From positions 8,866,001 through 8,930,000 of the forward strand of contig OZ038378.1 of NCBI GenBank assembly GCA_964036045.1: a DNA stretch of 64,000 bases, read 5' to 3'. This DNA is from Eutreptiella sp. 'Long Island Sound 2002' (taxonomy: Eukaryota; Protista; Euglenida). Under the pieces are notes generated by a model. It was given only the letters and a program-made list of their open reading frames with translations. It made no database searches and was not told the DNA's origin. A program made the position numbers and the translations under genes. This document shows, piece after piece, positions 23,501-35,500 of this stretch. Numbering within the stretch: the stretch's first letter is position 1; the number at the start of each line of letters is the position of its first letter.

Positions 23501-26500
23501 GCCATTGTTGCCTCATTTGTGCCACTGAGTGTTCCAGGGAGGGGGTGGCGAGTGTGGGGTATATTCGGAAAGCCCTTGAAAAGGGCTATTCGGAACACCC
23601 TAGGTTTGCATGCTGTACTGGCGATATGTCTGAGATTTTGCCCTTCTTCTCATCTCCCTTCTTCTTCTGCCATGCCTTCCACACATGCTCTTCCAGCTGC
23701 CGCACCCACCTGACTCCGGCAGCTACTCCGCCATCGCCACCTCCTTGAAGGCCTTCTTGGGTCGCGCTATCTGCGACACCAATTTCCAGCGGTGCTGGAA
23801 GTCTTTGTTAGTCCAGCGCTCCTCCGCCACCTCCAGCCATTCCACCAGCCATTGGGTGGCTTCTTGCGTGGGACCCGACGAGTTTGGCCACGGGGCATGC
23901 ATTGAGGCCCAGCCACACAGGGAATAGCCCGGGGTCCAGTACGTGTTGCCATCATCGACGACCTCGTTCCTACGCCACCCCAATTGCTCCGGTTCCTCTT
24001 CCGTCTCCTCTTACTCCTCCTCTTCCTCCTCTTCTCTTCCCTCCTCGTCCCCATCACCATTTCCATCACCGTCACCATCACCATCCCCATCTCCGTCACC
24101 ACCTCCATCACCATCCCCATCTCCGTCACCACCTGCATCACCATCTCCATCACCATCTCCATCACGATCTCCGTTGCCTCCCCCTTGCTGCGGCGGAACT
24201 CCTTCTTCTCCAGTTGCGGCTGCTGTTGTCCTTCCCCTTGTACGGGCTGTTGTCCCCCTTGTTGCCCCCCTTGAATGGGCTGCTGCTGACCATCCCCTTG
24301 TTGTACAGGCTGTTGTCCTTCCCCTTGTACGGGCTGCTGCTGACCTTCCCCTTGTTGTACAAGCTTTTGTCCCCCTTGTTGTACGGGCTGTTGTTGCTGC
24401 TGCTGCTGCTGCTGGGTCTGCAGCTGCGGCGCTAGCTCAGGGGCCTTCTTGGGGGCATAATTTCCCCCGCAACATGAGAGCCCTGGAAACGAGCACCAGC
24501 ATGTCGCTGACTACAACTGAACATTAGGGTTGGCACTTACAGCTACATCAGCAACAAGATCGGGAGGTGGCAGTTGCGGAGGGAGTGGTTGATTCTTGGC
24601 TTTCTCCGCTTGTTGCCACATTAGCAACCGAAACAATTCAGTTTCGTACAAAACATTTGAAGCGATTGATATTGGTCTATTAGTGAGCAATATCCACAAA
24701 ATCGTGCTACAATGTGGCCAATCCAGCGGTCGAAAGCATCAAGATGATATGATGAACCATGAAAGGAGCTTGATGAAGATCCGTATAAGATATGCTTGAT
24801 GCTAATATTTTGTCATGACAAGTCAAGAATGCAAGGATCAATGGTTGGGTGCGGCGGGGGGTAGGGCGCACAGCGCGAACTCCACGGCCCAAAAAAAAAA
24901 CCATGCTCACGTCCCGTACTGGGTGGCAGTACAACATTCCGTGAAAACTGACCCTGTGGGGCCTCGTCCCAAACCTCTCATGCCCCGGCCTCCTCATCCA
25001 CCCTCCCCGGCGGCCCACACTGCTCCACAACGTGGCAGCCAGTGATGCTCGCACGCCGGGGGTCAAGCACCCTACCCATAACCTCATCTGCCAAGGGATC
25101 ATTTATAATAACGCGCAATGCAACAAACTTAATCATTACAAATGAAACAGGAGGGAAAACAATGTTGCAGAGGGAGACATTTTTGCTGCGCTTCTTCACG
25201 TCAACAGCAATAAACCAACCCTGCACTGTTGCCCAATTCCACTTGCTAGCCCGGACCACCTGCTCAGGGTGGGCTGAGAGGGCTGAGCGGAGGGTATGAT
25301 ATGATACATCTGGTGGCGCTTTTCCTCTACCGGATCGTCGAATACGCAGTCACTGGCACATTGCCGGGGGGGGGGGGGGGGGGCATGAATTTCGATGTGC
25401 CGGTACCGAATCCCGAACGAAAATTCGTGTTTCGAGGGATTGGTGTTGCCGGCCGATTCGCGGGTGGTCCTATCTTTTACATCCAGGCGGTGACCCATTT
25501 CTATAGCCACCGTGGTGTCTCCTTCCTTGCGCTTAAGATGGGGGGGGCAGAACCCAACCCACGAAGACTCCGATCATCTTAGGCTCCAGCCCTTGGTACA
25601 CGCTAGAAGACCCAATCTCGTTCTAGCCTAGATGGCACTAGAAGGCTAGAACGGAAAAAAGTGGTGGTCCCCCCCCCCTGGGGGTACGTGGTGGGTACTT
25701 TGAGGATTGTAACCTGGACCCCCCTATCCGTACTCGGGGGCCCATGGTTTTTTTTTCACAATCTCACTGTTTTCACCTGAGTTTGGAGTCAAAATTTTTT
25801 TCGTTCTCGCGGCGTTCTAGCGAGCGCCGCTAGAACGTCGCTAGAATGCCGCTAGAACGCTTTGCTAGAACGTCGCTAGAACGATACATATAAATGCTCC
25901 GCCACTCCTCAAAGAGAAGCTGCCCCAGCTACCATGGCCAGCCGTGGCCAATCACAGGGCCGCGATGCTCGACCCGACTCACGGAGCGCCGGGTTCCCCC
26001 CCCACCCCCCGGTTAGCCTGGTTAGCCCCCCACCCACCGAATAGGTCACTTGGAAGGTCACTTGGCGGGCCGGCGCTGGGTCACTTGGTGGTGGGTTAGC
26101 CCAATTAGCCCGGTTAGCCCGATTAGCTCCCCTGCCCCCCAGCCCCCCTTTCGCGAGTTGCGACACGCAGGCTACCCCTCCTACGTGGTGGGTCAATTCC
26201 TGCTGTGGATCGGCGGACATGGTGCCGAAGAGTGTGTCCAAGATAAGTGGCCGTGGCCCCTCCTCACCTCCATGGCATCCCTGCCCGGGCATGGAACTTG
26301 CGACCGTGCCCCCCCGTGCACAACCCATGACACGTCGAAGTATGCAAAAAGCCATGTCATACATTGTGCTTGCACACCGGCCTCCCTGTGGATGGCCGAC
26401 CATTTACGCGATTGCTGTGCTCGTTATGACCGTGTTTCAGAAAGCGGTTGATGCTTTCTGAAATGTCACCGCAAAACATGGCCAACCCTAATGGCGAAAT

Positions 26501-29500
26501 GTTCTGCAACATGGCATCTACATCATGCTCCAGGCTTAGTAAATACCATGATGCCGTACCAACAGTACAATGACGGCGGAAATCCTTTGCCACTGCGGCA
26601 CAGTTCAACAGGTTAGGGCCCTGATATGTACAATAGAGGGCCTGCAGCAAGTCCCACAGGTTCGTGATGGCCTTGTACTTGGCCGAGCTCGGCCTGATGC
26701 CAAGGCACCTAGCAATATCCGGCCATGCCTCAAAAAAATTGGCCGTTTCTTCCCCGTCCGGGGAAGCTGACCCGTAAACCCTCCAACCTGCACGCCTCTC
26801 CGACAGGAGGACTTGCAGGTCTTGACGGAGCAAAGGGGTGACCCCCCTAGCCTCCCGGTCGACAAACTCCCCCAACAAGCGACCCATGGCCATCGTCAAA
26901 GGCAAAATGCACAAGACGACCCAGGCACGTGGCAATTTCAAAATCCGCCGCATACTGCAACCAGCGGCTTGTAAAGAAGGCGTCCCAAGGAGGAAGGCCG
27001 TGTAGTGGCCTCATCACCCTCCATGGTCCGCGGGATAGCACTATATCCCCTCGTTGAACATGGAGCCCACTTGGGGGCATGTGGACACCCCGATCACCCT
27101 CCGTGTCTACGGTTGATCCCCCCCCCCCCCGAGGATCACCTTTGCCTCCTCCTTGGAGGCCCCCCATTGGACGAGCCCCGTGTTGATGATCTCTTGAATC
27201 ACCTAAACATGAGACATTGGGGGTGGTTCATTTCGTTCTAGTCTAGTGTAGCCTCGCTTCTCGCGAGGGCTAACTAGAACAAAACTAGACCAAGTGAAAG
27301 GCACTAGGTGAGAGGAGTACCTCCCAATTGCTCTTCCACAACGTCCCAAGGGTGTCCATGGCCTTATCATCGCAATTGGCCATGCTCAACACCCAAAGGC
27401 CCGCGGGGGAGCGGGCCAAGCGGTCAAAGTTGGCCAAGGAGATGGTGAGCTGGGTCCAAATGCCCCCGGCCACGGGGTAGGCATCCCCCTGGACGATGAA
27501 TGGCGGGGAGAGGATGTACTTGACCCATGAGGCGAAGGGCCATGAGATCCCGGTGGCCTTGGGCAACACCGTGGCAACGGGGGGATCCAATTCCACGGGG
27601 GCAACCAACTCCTTCCAACGGGCTTGGAAGTCCCGCTCGGTGCAAATTGGACGGGAGTCGGGACCACCGGGAACGGTGCGGTGGTACTCCAACTTACGGA
27701 GCATGTACAGCTCCGAGAGGGTCTTCCATGAGGACTTGGGGGCCCTCATGTTGAGCACAAGTTCACACATGGCGGTGGGGCGGAGTAGGGAGGTGGTGTA
27801 TGCCTCAACGGCGGCCTTGCATGCCTCACCCGTGGTTTGGGTGGAAGTGGCGATGTTCACATATTGGACGGCGTTGTTGAATTGCCGCCGTGCTCGGGGG
27901 CATGATAGCGCCAACGTGGCCAAGTAATGGCCCACCCGCTCATGCTCGAGGCTAGAAGCCCCACTCAAGCTCCGTAGTGCCTCAGACAAGAGGGAAGTAT
28001 CCTCCCTAGTTGAGGAGGGAGCAAGGGGGGAAGTGGCGGGGCGTTTCATTGCAAAGAAATGAGAAATATCTAAGCGTGAGAGAAAGGACCATGGCACAAT
28101 GCACTCTGGGCAATAGCAAGCATGCATAGCGGAACAATGAAGGAAATGGCACTTCTTGGTGGACATTGTATTGTTCTAGTATTGATCTAGTCTAGACTAG
28201 AACATCTAGACTAGAAGTTCTAGGCTAGAACGAAATTGGGTCTTCTAGCGTGTACCAAGGGAGGTAGCACATGGGACGGTGATTGAAACACAGAGCCGCT
28301 AGGGCATGCTGGAGTGCGGCTAGGAGGTGGCTAGGAGGGGGGGACTCCTTAAGTGGTGCATCGGCATCCACACAGCCTAGGTCAAAAACGTCCCCAACCT
28401 CAAGCCCACTATTTAGACATGCTAGTGCTAGTTCCATTACGTGGGGCGGCGTAGTAAAAAACCTACGGGGGGAGGCGCCAGTCAGGGGTCTCAAGCCACC
28501 ACTAGCAAAGGGTCAGGGCCATGAAGTGGGGTTGTGCAAAGGTGTAGGGGTTCCTGTGATGTGGAGAAATGCAGCAAAAAGTCAATACACCGAGAGCAAT
28601 TGGCACAATGGCGGACGGCACAGGACGGGGGGGGGGGGCAAGAGCAAACCTATGGGCGACGGATATAGGTACGGATGGGGCGGCCACGATGTGGAACGGT
28701 GGGGGTGACCACGACGATACGGGTGATACCGTGGCCGAGGTGCGGGCGCGGGCTTGGGTTTGGGTTTGGGTGGGTCACCACGGCCCATGTGCGTCAGGGT
28801 GCGCGTGTCTGGGCCCAGACGAAGGCGCCGCCTGACGGGTGGCTGGACAGGTGGGGTTGCTGGTGCTGGTTTTGGGTGCCCTGGTGGCAGCGACGTCCGT
28901 GGGCGGGGGGGGGGGGGGGCGCAGGGGCAGCAATGAGGATCGTTGGTGTGCGACCAGCCCTGGCAATGTTGCTGGCCCGACGGCAAGGGTGGCCTTCCTT
29001 GAGGGCATTTGGGGACGGCAGGGCGTTGTGCACGGGGAATTGTCTGCGCCAGGATGGCCCTCGCTCTCTCGAGGCTTCGGTCAAGGAAGTGTGACCTGGA
29101 CACGCGTTGTCCCCCCGCCCCCGCGGCGCAAACTGGTACCGCATTCACCCAAGGTCGAACAGGCGATCTAGGGTTGCTAGGGGCTGTGACAGCCACTGTT
29201 CGGTTGTTGGGGTGATGGGGTCGGTTGCCCTGGCGAGGGGGGGGGGGGTTCCTGTTGGGGTGGGAGGATCTTTGGTGGGGGGGTGAGGTAGGGTGGTGAT
29301 GGGAGATTTCGGTGTGAGGATGGACCGTAGGATGGTGCTGAGGGGGATGCTGGTGTGGGGGTGTGGGCGGGGGGGGGGGGGGTTGGCATTGGCGGTTGAG
29401 GCGAAACCAGCTTTGCGAGGCTCTTCGCGGCGTCAAAGTCCCACGGTGATTGGTCCCCATGATCGCCATGCACCCTACTGAGGGGGGAGACGCCAGGGAT

Positions 29501-32500
29501 GAAGGCAAAAAAGGCAATGCTTGTGATAGATTGAAAACATGTTCCGCCATTGTCCCCTGGAGACAGGTGCCGAGCAAAAACGGTCAAGGACAAGAGGAGT
29601 GGAGAGGCAAAGCAGTTGTGTGCATGGGGGATGGCTTGCTTACCTACTAGCTGCTGGGCCCTGCATGCAGCAGCATGATGAGACGGACGAGTGGTTGGGG
29701 GGGCCTCCTCCGACTACCACATGGGCCGCCCACAACCGCCCCGGTGCCCTGCCACTCCGGCAGCTCCGCTGGTCTGGGATCCCGGTATTCGTACTCGAGC
29801 ACCGGGGGGGGGGGGGGTGCCACCATCGGGCCCTGCCACAGACATGGTGTGCTAGAAAGAGAAGTGGCTTGTGTCCCAAAACCCATTCCCAACCAACATT
29901 CTCAATGAGCAACGGCAGCAACAAAGATAATGGAGAAATATGGAACAAAAAAAATATCAGTTCGTTTTGAGAAAAAGCGACTGTCAACCATGCCCCGGAC
30001 AGACCACATGAATCCGTGCATAGCTCATCCCCACTGGCATCCCACGGGTTAGTCGCGCCACCGGGACTCCACGGATTCCTTTTCAAAGGGGGGGCGGGGG
30101 TGGGGCGGTGACCTGCCAAAAGTAGGAAAAAAAGAAGAAAAGAATTTTGCTTTGTGCGCCACCAAATTTGGGGGTTGAGGGGGGGGGGGGTTGTTTCAAT
30201 GTCCACATAGGGAAACATGTTTGGGCAGTGTCACTGTCAATGGTGACGCAAGCGGTTTTGAAAACGGGGCATGCCGGACGGCAACAACATCTATTTGTAT
30301 GTCTGGTCAACTAGTCATAAAAGACAAAAGAAAAATTCACACCTCGTCCACCAAGCAACCTGAACCGGGCTCCATGTGACAGCCTGATTGGCCCAGGAGT
30401 CGGGCCCGACATCGGAGGAGAAAATTCACCCAAAAATTTCTGGGCTCCTTGGAAAAAAACTTTCCACCCATGTTGGACCATGCCACGTGGCACCCAAACA
30501 AGCCCGACAAAGAAAAATCGGGAGGAAATACGGTCAGTGCACCGCATGGTACGACTATATTCTGTGCTAGGCTCCAGGCTACCTATGTCAAGATGCGCAA
30601 CTGGTGCTGAGTGTCACTGTCAACATCATGGAACAAGAACGCCTCAAACGGCCGCTTGTGTGACTTCTTCGTGGCACCATCCAAAAGCATGACCCAGCCC
30701 ACGGAATCCTCCAAAAAACTGCCCGTGATGCTAAATTCCTTGTTCGCCATAAAGTCCATGAGACGATGATGTGAAACACGCTATCACCTCGAGGCACAGC
30801 AACAACAGGCCCACCCTTTCGATCTTTGGTGTTCCACTCATCAGAACTGAGAATGTCGGGATGGCGGGTATATGGCATGTGGGTTTGTTTACCCATCAAC
30901 GTTGCTCGGCACTCGATGCGAAGTTCAACACGAACATCCTTCAAAACAACACGACCAAAATCTCGTACAACAAATGGGACGTCACAACGGGGATGCCTCA
31001 GCTCCTGTGCAGCTTGAGTCAACTCAAACAAGTGGGCAGCAAGTTCTTTCTTATGCAGCGGGGATGCAAACTCCTGTGCCTTGTTGTGCTGCTCACTCTT
31101 GGGAACAGCGGACATGTCGGCCAAAGCCTTGATTGCTTTCACAATTGCATCGTACGATGGTTTCTTGGTGGTGGGCGTTTGTGGGGTGGGCGGGGCAGAG
31201 GGTGTGCTGGGTGTTGTTGTGGAGGTTGTCCTGGGGCTGGATTGCGTTGTTGTTTGTGTAGTGGCTGTGTTGTTGTTGGTGGTGGCGGTGGTGGTGTTAG
31301 CTGGTTGGGACCCTACCGCGACTCCCTGAGGCCCGCTGGCAATCTCTACAGGAGTGCTGCCTTGTGCAGAAATGGCACTTTGTGGTGCACTTTTGCTCCG
31401 TGTCAAAAATCAAAGATCGGCAACGTGATTGCCAGAACAGCACACACACACCACACAAATCGAGATTCTTGACCTCTAAAACCGAGCTTTACAAATTTTG
31501 TCCACAATGAAGCTCGTAGCCCTTAAGCTGCAGTTAATGTACATGTGTTCAAATTCGCGACAAGAGCATCTCTAGTGAGCAACAGAAGCAGGTCAATCTC
31601 GCTGCATAGATAGTGGGTCCGGTGCTACCAATTGGATGGCAGCAGCGGGGGAACGTTGGTTCCGAGCTGAGGCGCCGTGGCAATAAATGAGGTGTGGACA
31701 ACTTTCTTTGGTGCCATGGTTGTAGTATGAAAAAAATGCATAGGTGCCGTGGAAAAGAGATGCCGAGCATTGATAGCAGGTATGCTGGATGGCTGGGGTG
31801 AGGTTGGCCCAAGAACGGGTATTCGATTTCTAGGGTGGCAAAGAAACCACCTATGTCATGCTGATTATGTATGTTAACTGATCATTCATTCATGCTCCTG
31901 TTGATTATTGGACCATCGTTCTCCTACCAATTTTCCATGTACCACTTTTCCGTTGTTTGATTGTGCTAAATAGGGATCATTTGTCACCCTCTCTTGTTTT
32001 CTTCTCGTTTCCTTTTTGTGTCTTGACCTTTCCCTAGCAACAAAATGAACAAGAACAAAAAACAAAAACAAAAACAAAAAGTCCAACATCACACACACCA
32101 CACTCCCATTGTGCTGAGGAATTCCACTACTGGGTTGTATGTCCCCATTGGCCCATAGTCTGAAGGCTGGGAGAATGGTTGTACCCTCTTTCTACTCTTG
32201 TGGGGATTTCTATGCTATTCCGGGCGCCCAAAAGGGAGTGAAATCAGAAGGCCTATGTAACCCGTGCCTTCTAAAGGGGCCCATAGTGCAAATTTTTTCT
32301 ACTCCTGTGTATTTTTCGTTCCCCATGGATGTTTCCTGCCCTTGCGGGTCTTTCCAACCACATGGTGCCTGTAGCGGGGTAATATGGCTACAATGCGCCT
32401 GCCTACTCAGGGACCCCATGGCGGGGAGAAATGAATACATCTACATAAACCCTGCCTTCTCGGGGTCGCCATACTGGGGAGAAATCAATATGGCTACACA

Positions 32501-35500
32501 AACCCTGGCTCATCGGGGTCCCCGTAATGGGGGCGAAATCAATATGGTTATATAACCCATGGGGACCCCACAGCAGAGACAGAATGTGGCTATATAACCC
32601 CGACCTTCTTGGGGCCCCCTTAGTGGAGACCTCGAGGCCAAAGTGGTGGGGGGAAATGAAAGATTTGAACTCACCATTCAAAATGGAGCATTTTGGGTAT
32701 AAACACATTCGGTGGAATTAATTTTCCAACGCTTTCACCAAAGGCCAAATGGCTGTTTCCTATTGCCACAAATTGGTGTGGGCTGGGGGTCCAGGGGGGG
32801 TAGGCGCGGCAACAAGCACACAACTTTGGTGCCATATTTGGAATTTCAATGAAAATTTTACATCTGATGAAATAAATGAAATAGTGTCATTGTGAAAAAA
32901 ATATCGGGGGCGGGGGGGGGGTTTCCATGTTTCCATGTTTCCATTGCAGCTGGCACTCCCTGTGGCATGTGCTTAGAAAGATCGAGAGCAGGGGCACAAA
33001 TCTGCAATGGGCTGACCCTCATGCGGCCGAACCCTAACCCACATCACATGCATTTTGACAAGAGAAAAAATTCATCCAAAAGGGCCAGAAATCCAAAAGC
33101 TGGTGTACGCTACACCCATCCCCCCCATACCCCCCTGAGGGGTCACGACCCCATGTGATGCAAACAAATGCCAAATGCAGCAGCCTCCCACTCTGCAATA
33201 CAAGGCATCCTCAGCGAACTGGGCTCCCTGTTGCACACAGACATACTGAAAATATCCGCCAAATACTCAACTCGCTCCAGGAACCAGCGGTCAATCTTGC
33301 AGAAGCCATAAACCTCATCCACACTCCAACCTGTGCAACACAAGGCAAACCAATGTGGACCCACATGACATCCTCTGATGACCCGTTTCTGCGTTGAGAT
33401 CAATATGGCGCGTAGTGAAATTGGGCTCAACACACGAAGATTGCCGAGTACACTGAATACATTGACGCCTATCTGCACAAGACTACACCAAACGACGGGT
33501 GGTCTATGTGCCCTCTGTGTATATAGTACAGTTTTTGCCCGAACAGCAAACCAACTCTTCATAGATCCTGATTGACTTCACTGCAATCGCAAGAAAGAGG
33601 GACTGGTCCGCAAGTGTAAATGTCATGACAGAAAATTCCGGCGAGGCGATTGGAATAGCCTGAAAAACTTTCGCAGAAATCCTGAATGAAATGGCATGCG
33701 CGGTGCAGCGAAACACACTCGTGGCCCCAAACCTTCCCATGGCTGTAGTGGGTGGGTCGCTTCTCACCATGGTCAGCACCTCCAGGGAGGAAAAAAATGC
33801 ATGTTGTGTTGGAATGTTCACATGCGACTCTCTTGCAGTGCACAAAGCTGTCCCTCCCAAAAAAATGTGGCTTGCCTTTAGAACACCGCCAGTGTTTGCC
33901 TGATTTTCACAATGGCATCATAACAGGGGGTGAACAATAATATGAGCGGCCAGTGACAGCTACTGCATGCAAGAAAGGCCCCCTGCACATACCCATTTTC
34001 ATGGCCTTGAATGCGGCATAGATCCGATTCTCCGAAGGGGTACTCAAGAGGTCTTCAATTGACTGCTGCAAAGCAGCCTGCTTCTCCTCCTAGAGAGCAT
34101 GATGGAGAAGGGCTGACAGGGCAATGCCGCCGTACGGTAAAACTACAGGAAATACTCAAATCCCATTCATGAATTACGTTGCCTCATTCGCGATTGTAAC
34201 ACCAAAGAAATCCAAATTGTGCCCAAGAAACCAAAACACAGTGGCCCAGCATGATAAAAAACTAGTACCAAGTCATGCCTCGAGTATTCCACGAGTAAAC
34301 TTGAAATGTCATCTTGTGCAGGCAAATTTTTGCACAGTCATTTCTCTATCGATGTGCGGATGGGTGCTGTTATTTCCAGGTGGCTTCTGCACGGTTGCTG
34401 TTGTTTCCTGGAGGCATCTGCGTCGTTGCTGTTGATGTTGAAAACGATTGTAGTGTAAAAAAAAGATAATAAAAATTACAAAAATCTATTTTGGAAAATT
34501 TAATTTTCGACCATCCAATGCTTATCACCAGCAATGGCTCGTGCAGTTTCCATCCTGTGTTCAGTGCATACAGCGATTTGGTACCAAGCTCATGCAAACC
34601 CATGGGGGTCACGTAGCACCTATTTGCCCCCCCCCTATTGGCATCCATTGGCCTCTGAAAAGGCTGTTTTGGAGGATTTTGCAACATGGTAGGCAAAACG
34701 TGGTTAGCCTGTTGCAACCACTATACGTCAATCCAGGTGCCGTTCAACTTGGTACATCCATGGACCCTAACCAATGGTGGGGGGATCGTAGAAACACTAT
34801 GGTGCTTCACCACTGAGGGCTTAGTAGTTTTCTGGGTGGTGTGGGTTGGCGAGAATTGGGCCATTGTGGTGGCATACCAACCCATGGGGAGCCATGCAGC
34901 ACTACTTAGACCACCGATTGGTGTCCACTGCCTCAAAAGGGCTGTTGCATTAGCCCAGTTGTACAGATTCAGGCAAAACATTGGCCTGAAATCAATTCCT
35001 CACCAGTCGACCCCCATAGGGAGGCCGACCAGTACCTGGCAGTAGGACGCCCACCATTGGTTACAGGTTCCATGTTGGAGAAAAAGGTTGAATGAGATAG
35101 CTGCAATACGCTGCCAACGCTTCGTCTACCCCCTCGCACCGGGGGATCCCGAATAAAACTCATTGAGGGATACTGTTGTTGGACAAACACGAAATTTGCA
35201 ATGGGCTGAACACCAAATTGGACCGTTTGGGCTACTGGGCCCCAGAAGCGGGAGTATGTGTTGTGTTCGCCACATGCCTGGTAATTCATGGTTTCGAGGT
35301 CAAAAAAAAAAGGGCGTGACGTTGATTGTTTTTTTGTTTGGCTGCCCTGCCCTCGGGCCATTTACGGGAACTTGGGCCCAGGGGGCGAGTTTCCGGCCCA
35401 AAACTTGGGGACCTGCAATTTCGAAAAAGCCGATTGATACCAAAAAAACATTAACCCCAACCCAGCCCCCAAATCGGCGAAGAAATCCCAACAAATCGGC

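Noticed and set aside
28225-28494. RT-like fragment flanking the TIR element
   Set aside because: Resemblance to the LD.xKAFDSVPH motif is too weak, and no other RT motif follows beyond the insertion
30190-30310. ACPVFKTAC as the missing CPS P-V-x-K-x-x-D-T exon
   Set aside because: Only a 4-residue resemblance; the rest does not align and the phase does not fit
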